The notes: generated by a model from the sequence alone, not told the origin. A DNA stretch of 64,000 nucleotides from Tubulanus polymorphus (GCF_964204645.1 NC_134026.1:11989950-12053949); one strand, 5' to 3'; shown: positions 49,411 through 61,068, counted from the stretch's first letter. Numbers and translations: made by a program.

Positions 49411-49752
49411 ATGAATATAACTGTTGGACCGAGTATATGTTTTGGGTTTGATTTTAAACATGGTAAAGAAATGAGAATTAAACTAAATGATGTAATTACT
49501 GATATAAAAAGTAAATCATTTAACAATGCGTCAATGATTGATAAAGAAAATTATAATATAGAAAAAGTAATTGATTTAATTAAATCACCTTTAGAATATT
49601 ATGAATTAAATGAAGATGGAATTATTGAAGATATTAAAATCATATTAACCAAAATATATGATAATCATAAAAGTAGTAATGAAATAAATGTTGAATTAAT
49701 CATAAATAAGTTAACTAAATATTTTGATGAAAGTAATTTTTTTGATAAATAA
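49411..49752 (+). CDS. Hypothetical protein
   Basis: Homolog of 9344-9700. Confidence 0.7.
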   Translation: MNITVGPSICFGFDFKHGKEMRIKLNDVITDIKSKSFNNASMIDKENYNIEKVIDLIKSPLEYYELNEDGIIEDIKIILTKIYDNHKSSNEINVELIINKLTKYFDESNFFDK

Positions 49753-49974
49753 ATGAGTGATAATAAGTGGATAATAACTGGATTATATAATGGAGCATTA
49801 CTATCAGTTGGAACCGTTGGTTATTCAATGGTATTAAAAAAAGTATTCAAAATGGGAAGTGTTAATGTTGATAGATTTGATATAAATGATATTTTAAAAT
49901 TAACATTAGCAGTTACTTTATCTAATTTAACTATTGATTATTTGGAAAAACAAAAATATATTCCTCCCATATAA
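49753..49974 (+). CDS. 73 aa small membrane protein
   Basis: Identical to 9122-9343. Confidence 0.8.
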   Translation: MSDNKWIITGLYNGALLSVGTVGYSMVLKKVFKMGSVNVDRFDINDILKLTLAVTLSNLTIDYLEKQKYIPPI

Positions 49975-49998
49975 ATGCATAATTTTTTTACTAAATAA

Positions 49999-50421
49999 AT
50001 GGCTTCTGCAATTATAACTATTATAGGATCGGCAATTGTTAACGCTTTAGCATTTACTGGAGGTGGATATTTATTTAAGCATATTGATAAAAATAGTTCA
50101 TTAGGAGAACAAAGAAGACACAACTTAGCATTAGAGAAATATAATAAAGCAGCAGAAGAATATAGAGAAAAGAGGCAAAACTATATGGATTATATCAATA
50201 AAGAATTATATGATCAGAAGATTTCACATAGAGATTTTCAATCAGTTGATGAAGCTATGAGTTTATATAACGCGGTAACCAATAAAGAAAAATTACATCT
50301 ATACAAACCTAAATTATCAGATTATTATACCCCAAGTAAAGAACAACAGAAATATGAAATAATTTGGATTTTAGGTGGAACAGTTATTGTTATATTTGTA
50401 GCATATAAATTTACTAATTAG
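49999..50421 (+). CDS. 140 aa protein with hydrophobic termini
   Basis: Homolog of 8674-9096. Confidence 0.8.
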   Translation: MASAIITIIGSAIVNALAFTGGGYLFKHIDKNSSLGEQRRHNLALEKYNKAAEEYREKRQNYMDYINKELYDQKISHRDFQSVDEAMSLYNAVTNKEKLHLYKPKLSDYYTPSKEQQKYEIIWILGGTVIVIFVAYKFTN

Positions 50422-50441
50422 TAATTTTTTTTGCTAAATAA

Positions 50442-50877
50442 ATGGAAGATAAAGTTGATAATATTGATATTATTCCTCATGATATAAATAAAACTAAATT
50501 AAAAACATATTTAGAAAAACAAATATTAGAATTTGAAAGTGACTTAAAGATAAAAAAGAAAAAATATTTAAAAAGTAAAATTATATATTATTTGATTATA
50601 AGTGGTTCGGTTACAATTAGTTCTGTAATAACATTTTTAGCAATATTCAGCCCATTAACACCTTTAGCTATATCAATTAGTGTGTTAGGATTAAGTTCAA
50701 GTGTTTTAACTGGTATAAGTTCAAAATTAAATATAAAAAGTAATAAAGAAAAAAATTAAAACTAATATAAAAGAAATTAATAAATTAAAGAATACACTAG
50801 ATTATATCATAAGTTTAAATGGTCATATAACAGTTGAAGAACAAGATAAATTATTAAAAGAATTAATAAATTATTAA
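50442..50877 (+). pseudogene. Two-TM protein, frameshift in an A-run near 50755
   Basis: Homolog of 8220-8654. Confidence 0.75.
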
Positions 50878-50893
50878 TTTTTTAATTATATAA

Positions 50894-52309
50894 ATGGTAG
50901 ATAGTTTTCCAAAAGCTTTCCAATATAATAAATCAATTAAATATAATATTCCAGCAATAGATTTTAATAAAGATATTACATATAGAAATGAAGTTTTAGA
51001 TTCATTAACTAATTTAGAAATTTATGTTACTGAAACTAATAATTTTAATGCAAAGATGGAAAATATATTTCATGTATATTTAATTAATTTTAAAAAATTG
51101 AAAGATGAAAAACAATGGTTATTAAAATCTAATATGAAGTATTGGCAGAACCAATTAAATTTTGCTGTTTATTGTTCAACAGCAGGATGTGGAATAAGTT
51201 GGAATGATCATTTGAATAATTCTAAATATAAATTAATTCAAAGTTTATTTAGATTTCATACATACTTTCAAATCCGAATAATATTAAATGAATTAGAGTG
51301 TGCTTTACCAGGATCAAGATATTTTAAAGAATTAGATAATAATATTAATTTATCAAAGTTTTATAAAATTTGTAATGAATTTAATATAGATATAAATAAT
51401 TCTGATTTTAGAACAAAAATTGGAACAATAAGATCACTTCCTTGCCCTAAAAAGATTGCAGAATATTGTGCACTTCCCATACCATCTAATAGCTTTTATA
51501 ATATCTATAATAATAAATTAGGTTATGGTAAAATAGAAACAAAGGATTTAGAAACATTAAATTTCAATAAATTACCGAAATTTTATGATCATTTAAAACA
51601 AGAAAACAATAATGGTTGGGTTTATTTTATTTTAGAAAATAGTGAAGGTTTTACTAAATCAGGTATACAAAGAATAAATCAATCTATTAGAACTTATTTG
51701 ATATGTATTTTAGGTGCGCAAGTTGAAACAAGATTACCAATAATTGGAAATTTAAATACATCATTTGATACGCAGAAACAATTAAAAGTTTTATTTGAAG
51801 ATTCAATTCATAATGATAAAAATAGATCGATTCCAGAAAACATTGTAAGATATCAAAATTATTTAGATAAATCATATATTAGATTAAATTATTGTATAGG
51901 CCCTAATCTATTAATTATTTCTAATGATTTAGTATTGAAGATGGGAAACATAATTGGTTATAATAATTTAATTAAAACTGCAACAATAAATAATTCATTT
52001 GGATTGAATGATATAAATAAAAAGATTATTACTGCTCCAAAATTAATGGAAGGTGAAAAAAATAAAAAACACATTCAATCAACAGAAACTAAAACTAAGA
52101 ATATTAAATTAAATAATGATTCTAAAATAAAAGATTATAATACATCAGAAAATAATAGAACTGATATTATTCAACATGATATAATTAAACTAAATGATGA
52201 TAATAAATCCCATGAAAATACTAAATTAGCTATAACTTGTATAGGAATTGTAATCGGAGGAATATTATATTTTAAATTTTTTTATTATATAAATGGATGT
52301 AGAAGTTGA
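50894..52309 (+). CDS. YWQNQLNFA protein with C-terminal TM (stop lost, short read-through)
   Basis: Homolog of 6896-8203 with a replaced central segment. Confidence 0.75.
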   Translation: MVDSFPKAFQYNKSIKYNIPAIDFNKDITYRNEVLDSLTNLEIYVTETNNFNAKMENIFHVYLINFKKLKDEKQWLLKSNMKYWQNQLNFAVYCSTAGCGISWNDHLNNSKYKLIQSLFRFHTYFQIRIILNELECALPGSRYFKELDNNINLSKFYKICNEFNIDINNSDFRTKIGTIRSLPCPKKIAEYCALPIPSNSFYNIYNNKLGYGKIETKDLETLNFNKLPKFYDHLKQENNNGWVYFILENSEGFTKSGIQRINQSIRTYLICILGAQVETRLPIIGNLNTSFDTQKQLKVLFEDSIHNDKNRSIPENIVRYQNYLDKSYIRLNYCIGPNLLIISNDLVLKMGNIIGYNNLIKTATINNSFGLNDINKKIITAPKLMEGEKNKKHIQSTETKTKNIKLNNDSKIKDYNTSENNRTDIIQHDIIKLNDDNKSHENTKLAITCIGIVIGGILYFKFFYYINGCRS

Positions 52310-53761
52310 TGAAGATTATGAAATGGAAAACATGGGAAATAATGATGATGTCAATACTAACAATGATGATTATATGACTGCTGATACTAATATTGATAAT
52401 GATAATGATACAACATATAATTCTAATTTAGCAGATAGTGGTTCTAAAGGCCAATCAACAGATGAATTTGATAGAAGAACTAGATCGAGAATACCTATTG
52501 AAAATGAAAATCCAGGTTTATTAAAGGAAAATTTAGAATAAAATGAATATATTTATAATTTCAAACATGTATTTGAAGAATCTGGATATAATATAAATGC
52601 CAGAGGCGCCAGACTTTTAGTCCAAGAATTAAAGTTTTTAGATGGTGAATATTATTATCGTTTGAAAGGTGATTATTATATTGATATCTCTTATAAAAAA
52701 CAAAATATTAGCAGAATCAACTTTGCTTAAGTCTGACTCATTACTATCTAGAATTAAAAGAATAAGAAATAGTAATGAAATAGAAGATGTAACACAAGAA
52801 GAAATTATTAAAAATGAAAGAGTATTTAAACAAAGAATTAATGAATTATTTGAAACAATCGATAATAATTTAGAAACAGAAAAAAACTTCTGAACAGAAT
52901 ATAACTTCCAAAACTAGTAAACTTAAATCAAATAAAGTTTCAATTGAAAAACTTTTACCGAATGGATTAATTGATGCAACAGATCAAGAATTAGAAGATT
53001 TAGATATATTTTCTGATAAAGCAATAAGAGAAATTATTAGTATAAGAAATGCATCTGATAAAATTGCACATGATAAAAGTATAAGAGATTTAAAAATTAG
53101 AACTTTAGAAAAAGAATTAACTGATAAAAATAAAGAAATAGAACAATTAAAATTAGATAGAGATAATAAAGTTATTGAAGAAATCGAATTTAAAAAAAGA
53201 AATGCATATTTAGAAAAAGAAATTGATGATTTAGAATATAACATAGAATTACAAAAAGAAGAAATTAAATTATTATTAAAATCATATGATTATAATATTA
53301 ATAGATTGAAAGTTATTTTTAAAGATTTGTTGATTAAACCAGATTCTAAAATATCATTGAAAGATAGAATAAAATTGTTATTTAAACTAGAAGGAATAAC
53401 AATTCTTTCAATTCTAACAGGTGTAACTATGTTATTTACAACAATTGGTTTAGCTATATCAAATGCTTTGAAATCTACTCCTACTCCCACTCCCAATAAA
53501 CCGGATAAACCCCCAGGTAATAATTCTATACAAGATAAAGTTAAAGATGGTTTAAAGAAATTAGCAAAATATTTATGGGAACTATCTAAAAAATCTGCTG
53601 CAGCTTTACCTGGAGTTATTGCATCAATTGTAGGTTTTATATTGAAATCTGCAGGAAACATTATTAACTTTGCTGCTGAACATATTATTTTATTTTTAAT
53701 AACTGTTGTAAGTGCTATTATTTTTGGATTAGTAAATATGATATCAAAAAATATCAAGTAA
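52293..53761 (+). pseudogene. Acidic/coiled-coil/TM protein, fragmented
   Basis: Homolog of 5459-6879. Confidence 0.72.
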
Positions 53762-53830
53762 ACATGATATCAAAAGATATCAAGCAACCATGATATCAAA
53801 AAATAAATAATTAATTTTTTTGTTAAATAA

Positions 53831-55078
53831 ATGAGCGGGAGTTATATCAATCCTTCTAAGAATCATAGAATATCTAATGCTATTAAAGCAGAAAGATCAC
53901 ATCATATAATTACTCATAACCCTTCTAATATTAATCCCGATGAAACTTTATATGTTAGAATCCCTCGATTAACACAAAATACTTTTTATGTTCCAAATAG
54001 TATTTATTTATCAGCCGATATAAAAGTAATCGGTAATAATAATAATTATGTTGTTGATAATGTTGGAAGATATTTGATTAAAAAGTTAACAATAAAGATT
54101 GGTCCAGAAACAGTTTTCTCATTAGATGATTATAATTTATTTATGCATTATAAAGATTTATGGTTAACTAAAGAAAATAGAAATAATATGATATTTCAAG
54201 GCATCCAATCAGAAAACCAAAATAAATTAAGATCAGAAGCTAATAGCGCAATATTAACTAATGCTGTAGATAAATTGATAAAAAGTATATATGGAAGCAA
54301 ATATAAAATTCCATTAGACTTTGAATTGATAAATAATAATGCACCTTTATATAAATACGCAATTCAAGAAGATATTATATTCGAAATAACTTTTGCTCCT
54401 GTAAATGAAATTGTATTATCTAGCGTTGTTAAAGATATGAGTTATAAATTATCGAATATATGTTTAGAATATGACACAGTAACTGATGAAAATATTTCAA
54501 GTATAATTCAAACTAAATACAATCAAGGATTTTCATTATTATATGATTATATTGATAAATTTAAAACCGTAACTATTAATGCAAATGACGAAATTATTAA
54601 TGAGAATATTAACTCCCCAAGAAGATCTATTAAAGGCATATTGATATTTTTTACCATTGCAACATATACTAATGGCGCAATAAATGTTGATAATTATTAT
54701 AATCCTGAAATAACAAAAGTAGAAATAACTATCGAAGGAATAGCAAATAAAATATTTTGTCAAGGAATGAGAATGATTGATCAATGGCCAGAAATTAGAA
54801 AACATTTTATGAATGAAAAAGTAAAATCATTTGAAAATTGTAACATTAATCAAATTGATTATTATACCGGTAATAAATATGCATTATGGTTAGATTTTAG
54901 AACAACAGAGGATAATTCATTACATGGTTCTGGAAAAAAATTACAAAACACTAAAGATGGAATACAATTATTCATGACAAAGAATAAAGGAATCAAAAAT
55001 CTTAAAATGCATATTTATACTATATCTGACGCGCAATTAAATATTATAAATTCACAATTAGATAGTGTTATGTATTAA
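53831..55078 (+). CDS. PY: Major capsid protein, intact 415 aa
   Basis: Near-identical to 4191-5438. Confidence 0.85.
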   Translation: MSGSYINPSKNHRISNAIKAERSHHIITHNPSNINPDETLYVRIPRLTQNTFYVPNSIYLSADIKVIGNNNNYVVDNVGRYLIKKLTIKIGPETVFSLDDYNLFMHYKDLWLTKENRNNMIFQGIQSENQNKLRSEANSAILTNAVDKLIKSIYGSKYKIPLDFELINNNAPLYKYAIQEDIIFEITFAPVNEIVLSSVVKDMSYKLSNICLEYDTVTDENISSIIQTKYNQGFSLLYDYIDKFKTVTINANDEIINENINSPRRSIKGILIFFTIATYTNGAINVDNYYNPEITKVEITIEGIANKIFCQGMRMIDQWPEIRKHFMNEKVKSFENCNINQIDYYTGNKYALWLDFRTTEDNSLHGSGKKLQNTKDGIQLFMTKNKGIKNLKMHIYTISDAQLNIINSQLDSVMY

Positions 55079-55110
55079 AATTTTAACTTTAATAAAAAAT
55101 CTTATATTAA

Positions 55111-56019
55111 ATGGAAGGAGGTAAAGTATATAAACATATTCCATACATCGATACACATGAAAATAATGATGGTTTATATTATGTAATACCTTGTAATATA
55201 GCTTTGATATTTGATCCTATTTTCAAAATTTATAAAACTAAACTAATAGAAATCGATAATAATAAAAGTTGTGTTGTTGATAATTTAAGTAATGTAATTG
55301 ATAATAATGTAATACCTACTACTTCTAATAATATAATACCTACTACAGTAATACCTACTACTTCTAATAATATAATACCTACTACAGTAATACCTACTAC
55401 TTCTAATAATATAATACCTACTCCTTCTAATAATATAATACCTACTACTTCTAATAATATAATACCTACTACATCTAATAATAAAATAATATTAGATGTT
55501 AGTAAAAATAGAAATTATTGTGGTTATTATAAAGGTGAATTTTCAAACGCTCCATCAAATTGGAATAAACATATGAATACAAATTCACATATTACTAATG
55601 TTATAGAACGTGTTGGTTTAAAAGAATTTATAGAACACCCATTTAGATATGTTACAAAGTTTGTTTCAAATAAAAAAGTAAATGGTAAAGAATTATATGA
55701 AGATTTTTTATTAGCAACACTTAATAAAGATGAATTAGATTTAACTGATGCTAATGAAATATTAGGATCAAACACTGTAAATGAAATATTAGGAGCAAAC
55801 ACTAATAAAGATTCTATGCAACATAAAGTAGAAAATAATGATAAATTTGATTGGATGAATAATTATAAAAATGAAACAAATATTGATGATTCGGCAAAAA
55901 AGGTGAAAAATAAGTATATCAATAAAGAATTAGAAGAAGATACGTTAGAGAATTTGAGAAAATTGTTAGGGCATGATAGTGAAAGTGATTCAGAAATTGA
56001 TTATCTAACACTCGAATAA
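55111..56019 (+). CDS. Hypothetical protein with IPTTSNNI repeats and a degenerate U1-like zinc finger
   Basis: 302 aa; tandem repeat at about 55310-55485; YCGYY...WNKHMNTNSH. Confidence 0.6.
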   Translation: MEGGKVYKHIPYIDTHENNDGLYYVIPCNIALIFDPIFKIYKTKLIEIDNNKSCVVDNLSNVIDNNVIPTTSNNIIPTTVIPTTSNNIIPTTVIPTTSNNIIPTPSNNIIPTTSNNIIPTTSNNKIILDVSKNRNYCGYYKGEFSNAPSNWNKHMNTNSHITNVIERVGLKEFIEHPFRYVTKFVSNKKVNGKELYEDFLLATLNKDELDLTDANEILGSNTVNEILGANTNKDSMQHKVENNDKFDWMNNYKNETNIDDSAKKVKNKYINKELEEDTLENLRKLLGHDSESDSEIDYLTLE

Positions 56020-56078
56020 TAAAGGTTGAAAATTGTATAAAATAATAGTAAATAAAAAAGGGGGTTTTAAGTATTTAA

Positions 56079-56185
56079 GGTATCTAATGGGGTATCAGGT
56101 ATTAGGGTATCAGGTATTAGGGTATCTAATAGGGTATCAGGTATTAGGGTATCTAATGGGGTATCAGGTATTAGGGTATCTAATA
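56079..56185. repeat. GGGTATCAGGTATTA/GGGTATCTAAT tandem repeats at a convergent gene junction
   Basis: Visible 15- and 12-bp units downstream of the ATPase stop. Confidence 0.8.
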
Positions 56186-56202
56186 CATAGATATATAAAT
56201 AG

Positions 56203-56814
56203 TTATTTTATAAATTTATATTCATATGGAAATTGTAGTCTCAGTAATAATTTTGAACCTTTATTATTCTTAAATTTATTCATATATTCATCGTGTAACT
56301 CAGTAGGTATAATTTGATTTTCTTCCAATGATTGTTGCATAGATTTTTTATCTTTGTTATAAAATAAAACTAGAAATCTAATGTTTTCTCTAAAGTCTTT
56401 AACAATTGAATTATATTTTTGATTTAAAACCCATGTTGTTATCCCGAAATGTCTCCCAGAGAAAGCTAAATAACATAACTCACTTTCTCTAACTTTTGAA
56501 TCATGTAAATTTGCGCAATCATCTATAATGAATAATGTATTTGATCCTTTATAAGTATCAATTGCTATTTTTATACAATTATCTAAATTTTCTTTTACTG
56601 TTTTAGGATCTAATATAATAAACTTTTTCATCTTAACTATATCTCTATTATATGTTTTATTCATTTCATAAGTAGGACAGAATAATATTATATTATCAAA
56701 ATGATTCTTATAAATAGTTTCTAACAAATCTAATATGAAATGTGTTTTACCACAATTGGTTACTCCAGTAACTAACATATTATGCGGTTCAAATATAAAT
56801 AAATCTTTATTCAT
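56203..56814 (-). CDS. ATP: Packaging ATPase, intact
   Basis: GVTNCGKT, LFIIDD, GRHFGIT. Confidence 0.93.
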   Translation of the reverse strand: MNKDLFIFEPHNMLVTGVTNCGKTHFILDLLETIYKNHFDNIILFCPTYEMNKTYNRDIVKMKKFIILDPKTVKENLDNCIKIAIDTYKGSNTLFIIDDCANLHDSKVRESELCYLAFSGRHFGITTWVLNQKYNSIVKDFRENIRFLVLFYNKDKKSMQQSLEENQIIPTELHDEYMNKFKNNKGSKLLLRLQFPYEYKFIK

Positions 56815-57892
56815 TTATTCTTTTAATTTTACTAGATAAAATCCATTCATTAAATTTATCATCATATCCTTTATATTTCACCAAAGAATACTTTTTTCCT
56901 TTAAGAGTTTTTGTTTTCAATACTTTTTCTATTTTGTATTCTATTTCATCTGGGTTTGGTACAAGTGATAATTCTTGTTCATAGAAATAACCTAATATTT
57001 CTTCATCTTTTAAATCTTCTAATTTATAAACAAAAGGTTTAGTTAATATTATCTTTTTAATCTTGAATATTTCTTCTGTAAAATTTGGGGTATAACCTTT
57101 ATAAAAGGTTTTTCTATATTTAGATATTCTAACATGTTGTCCAATTTTGAATCTAGGTTCGCCGAAATCATGTGTAACAAACGCTCCATATAAATTATTC
57201 CAAACTATTTCCGAATTATCTTCTTTTCTAGCTTGTATAGGTTTCATATTTATAGAACTATGTTTAGAATTATTATAACCTTTCACTAAATCATCTAAGA
57301 CATCGATATATTTATATGTTTCATTAGCAGTAAAATATTTCCACATTCTAGTTTTCAATGTTTTATTAAATCTTTCTATAATAGATGCTTTTTTATCTGA
57401 GTGTGTTGAAAAATAATCTACATCGTTATCAGATAATAGTTTTTTAAAATGTTTGTTATAGAATTCCTTACCTTCATCAAATTGTATCTTATCTGGAATA
57501 GCTTCTTTAAATATAGATTTAAAAGCATTTGTCACTTCTATACCAGTTTTATTTTTGATTGGAATTGACCATGCGTATCTACTGAATATGTCTATAACAT
57601 TTAATATCCAGAAATATCCTTTGTTGTGTTCTTCTAAGTTCTTCATATCAATTAAATCAGCTTGCCATTGTTGATCAATATATGAAACCATAACTTTTCT
57701 TGTTAAATAAGTTTTATCCATTTTCTTGTGGATTTGATATGTTGGTTGATTTTGTAACCATGATTTTAATTCACTATATTTTATACCACCATTATCAGAT
57801 TTAATTTTATCCCATAATTCTGTAACGTTAGAATATGATACTTCACTTTCCGGGTTATAATATAACTCTCTTAAATATTCTTCTTTTTTCAT
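56807..57892 (-). CDS. INT: Integrase with chromodomain, intact 361 aa
   Basis: WQADL, QFDEGKEF, IIERFNKT; chromodomain YKIEKVL...LVKYKGY...NEWI. Confidence 0.93.
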   Translation of the reverse strand: MKKEEYLRELYYNPESEVSYSNVTELWDKIKSDNGGIKYSELKSWLQNQPTYQIHKKMDKTYLTRKVMVSYIDQQWQADLIDMKNLEEHNKGYFWILNVIDIFSRYAWSIPIKNKTGIEVTNAFKSIFKEAIPDKIQFDEGKEFYNKHFKKLLSDNDVDYFSTHSDKKASIIERFNKTLKTRMWKYFTANETYKYIDVLDDLVKGYNNSKHSSINMKPIQARKEDNSEIVWNNLYGAFVTHDFGEPRFKIGQHVRISKYRKTFYKGYTPNFTEEIFKIKKIILTKPFVYKLEDLKDEEILGYFYEQELSLVPNPDEIEYKIEKVLKTKTLKGKKYSLVKYKGYDDKFNEWILSSKIKRINE

Positions 57893-57898
57893 CTTATT

Positions 57899-58267
57899 TT
57901 AATCCATTAATAATAATTTAGAATTAGTTTCAATGGTTTTAGGATTTGACTTATTTTCTGATATAATAGGTTTGTTGTCATTGGAATCGTCTTTATCATC
58001 GGATTTGAATTTTGATTTATATATTACACCGGATAATATAATAACTGTTACTAATCCAATTGTAATATATAATTTATAATTACTTCCAGCATTAGAAGAA
58101 TCAGATGGATTATCATTCGAATCAATATCAGATAATTTCTGTGATTCATTTATATCAGTTAATTTCTTTTTCTTAGCTTTTTTTAATTCTGACGATCTTT
58201 TACCTAATTCTCTTGCCCATTTAATTTGTTTTTCAGATCTAACCTTTTTCTTAACATCATCACTCAT
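57899..58267 (-). CDS. Single-TM protein
   Basis: Homolog of 1246-1599. Confidence 0.7.
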   Translation of the reverse strand: MSDDVKKKVRSEKQIKWARELGKRSSELKKAKKKKLTDINESQKLSDIDSNDNPSDSSNAGSNYKLYITIGLVTVIILSGVIYKSKFKSDDKDDSNDNKPIISENKSNPKTIETNSKLLLMD

Positions 58268-58862
58268 TTATTTTAGTTAATTTTTGTTCTGATTCATTTT
58301 CTGTTTCGACGTTTGGTTGTAGTACATCTGTTTTGTTCTTACCTGATTTATATTCCATAGGCTTGATGTTCGAAAATGTTATGACGCCGGTAGAAATTAA
58401 TGTCATAACCGATCCTAATTGAAATGAAGCATAACCGACCCATTTTTGTAATTCAGTCATAACTAAGTAGTCATTTTTCAAATCACTATATAATTTATTT
58501 TCATCATCAATTGGTATTAACTGGTTACATAACTTAGAATAACATTTGACAATACCATCACTTATAGAGTCGTTTATTCGGGCTAATCTTGCCTCTTCAT
58601 AAATCTTAAAATATTTTATTACTTTATCTGGTTTCATAGAGTCTAGTTCTTGAAAGGTTATTATTTTTCCTAAGAAGTCCTTAGATTTCCCGCCAGCAAT
58701 TAATAATTCAAGATGATGCTTACAATATAAATAGTATTCATAATCTATATTGTTATTAACTTGAATAGAATTAGAAACAACTGTATCTTTATTATCACTT
58801 ATACCCAAATCATCTAATGTCTTTTCAATATCAATATTATTCTTACTCGATTTCTTTGACAT
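58260..58862 (-). CDS. Conserved Polinton hypothetical protein
   Basis: Homolog of 1547-2137. Confidence 0.7.
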   Translation of the reverse strand: MSKKSSKNNIDIEKTLDDLGISDNKDTVVSNSIQVNNNIDYEYYLYCKHHLELLIAGGKSKDFLGKIITFQELDSMKPDKVIKYFKIYEEARLARINDSISDGIVKCYSKLCNQLIPIDDENKLYSDLKNDYLVMTELQKWVGYASFQLGSVMTLISTGVITFSNIKPMEYKSGKNKTDVLQPNVETENESEQKLTKINE

Positions 58863-59274
58863 TTATATTAGAGAAATTTAATAAGAAAAATATTATAAGT
58901 ATTATAAAATGATACTAGATAGTTAAAGTTAAAGAATTCTAGTATTAGTTATTGTTTTTTTATGTATTTTTTATTTGTGATATAAAGTATTCTTTTTTTA
59001 AAAGAAAATATTAAAAATATAATAGAAATAATAGATAGTTGAAGGTATGTAATTTTTATTATATTTTATTTAAATTAGGATTTAATATCACCATGTGGGT
59101 GCCGTACGGCACCATCTCACTACTATTGTCTATCTATTAGGAGCAGTAGTTATAACTGTCCAGATAAGTCATTTCGGATCCTCGATATCAAATCCTCAAC
59201 CGAAAATAAATTCAAAGAAACGACTGGTGGAAATATTATTTCATAAACAGATATATTTATTATACAAATTTTAG

Positions 59275-59493
59275 CGATCGATAATAGAACAATGGAGAAC
59301 AATAGAAATGCGGTCCAATCGGACCGGTTATTGCGCAATACACAGTTATATTTTTATTCTGTAAACTACAACATTCAAACATAGAACTGTAAACAATCAA
59401 TATTGAGCAGCTGTTTCAGTCAACAACGATCAATAATAGAACAATGGAGAACAATAGAAATGCGGTCCAATAGGACCGGTTATTGCGCAATAC
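59275..59493. promoter_or_regulatory. Duplicated ~67-bp motif cassette (AACAAT x2, GGTCC-N4-GGACC, TATTGCGCAATA)
   Basis: Two copies 152 bp apart in a non-coding region of C; regulatory role inferred. Confidence 0.45.
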
Positions 59494-59588
59494 TTAGTTA
59501 ACAGTAAACAATACAATATTAAAACAGATATATACAATCGAGATTACATTTTTGATATCTATATTACAAAGACCTTCAGTATTATAAT

Positions 59589-59909
59589 TTATAATTTTAT
59601 CCAGAATTCTTTGATTACTGGATTGTTTCTAATCATTTCTTCAATTTCTGGTAAATATCTGACTACTTCACTAAATGCTAATCCTAATATTTTGAGTTTT
59701 TCATATTTTATTAATCTACCTACTCTTCTCAGTTTTCTTTCAAAACTGGCACTGATATCTCCACTCATTTTCTTAGTTTTCGATTCTTTGAGTCCCAACA
59801 GCAATTTTAGTCGCGTTGCTGGTAATTTTGGTAATTGTAGTTCGCGCGGTAATTGTTTATTATGTATTACATCACTCAGAATTTTCACCATTTCTTGATG
59901 ATAGTCCAA
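59589..59909 (-). CDS. Hypothetical helical protein, probably the 3' part of a disrupted ORF starting near 60056
   Basis: 106 aa ORF; upstream TAAAATG at 60054-60060. Confidence 0.4.
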   Translation of the reverse strand: MDYHQEMVKILSDVIHNKQLPRELQLPKLPATRLKLLLGLKESKTKKMSGDISASFERKLRRVGRLIKYEKLKILGLAFSEVVRYLPEIEEMIRNNPVIKEFWIKL

Positions 59910-60400
59910 ATGTTCTTATAATTTTGTGAAGTTTGTTCGTCAATTACGAGAGTTTTATCCTCCATTTCTATTGATTCCTGAGTTTCACTATCCAGCAGCA
60001 ATCGTTCCTCACCCGTTGGTTGGCTTAGAATTTCTGGTTGATCTCTGTATTCCATTTTAATCTAAAAGATGTGAAAATGAATTACTGTACTTAAATATGT
60101 TTAAAGGTTTCCCTACTTCATAATAACTACAAAAAACGGTACTTAAATTTAGATTTAGAACTGTAAACTGTGTTTTGAGAGAGAATATCCAATACGTACT
60201 ATGTATGTGAAAGTTGATTTCTAACTGCCGACGTGGCGCACGTTCGACCAAACTAATTACTTCTGCACAGATGTTCTTTATGATGAAGTTAATTAATTCT
60301 TCAGAATTGAAAACAAGATATATTTGGCAACATATGTTTTAGTAGTAAGCAAAAGCTATGTATTATAGACATACAAAGCTCAAATAGAATTGCCAGCTTT

Positions 60401-61068
60401 CTAACCACTGATTAAAACCTCAGAATGCGGTTGATTCTGTGAAATACTATTCCATAATTCAACAAATGTCTTTGCTTTATCCAGTTGATCTAAATATAAT
60501 TTCATATCTAGTTTGTTAGATTTAATTATATTTTCTTTCTTTTCTAAAGGCCTTAAATTTCTCCAGTTCCAGATTAGCTTCTTATTATAATCATCACTCA
60601 TGTCAAATTTAGAAATAGGCAACACGTGATCAATATGAAAGTATTCACCATAATTATCTATATTCATTTGACTATCGAATTGAAATATAATCCATGATTT
60701 GAGAAATTCATCTGAACAACCCAATAGATTACAGATAGTGTTTCTGAATGTGTTTCTTTGTTGAATAATTGTGTTAATCTAGATCTTAAACACTGTTTCA
60801 ATCTAAAATTAAGATCTGTTTGATATCTTCCTCTCATATATTCTGCCATATAATAATTATAATGTTCTATATTATCTTCTCGATATTGTTTGGTATATAG
60901 TTTAAAACAAATTTTACAGCAATATTGAAAACCATCTTTGCTAATCTTACGCTTACTAAATTCCGTTAATGATTTATCTAATTCACATTTAGAACACTTC
61001 TTGTAATATATAATTATGACATCAGTGTTATTTGTAATATTGATAGTTTGTGGTTGTTCTGGTTCCAT
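60401..61068 (-). pseudogene. HNH endonuclease, frameshifted near 60730
   Basis: Highly similar to 517-1209 (MEPEQPQTINITNN..., YFHIDHVLP, WNWRNLRPL). Confidence 0.82.

Noticed and set aside
56033-56317. ORF with GYQVL repeats
   Set aside because: Translation of the GGGTATC repeat, overlapping the ATPase antisense.
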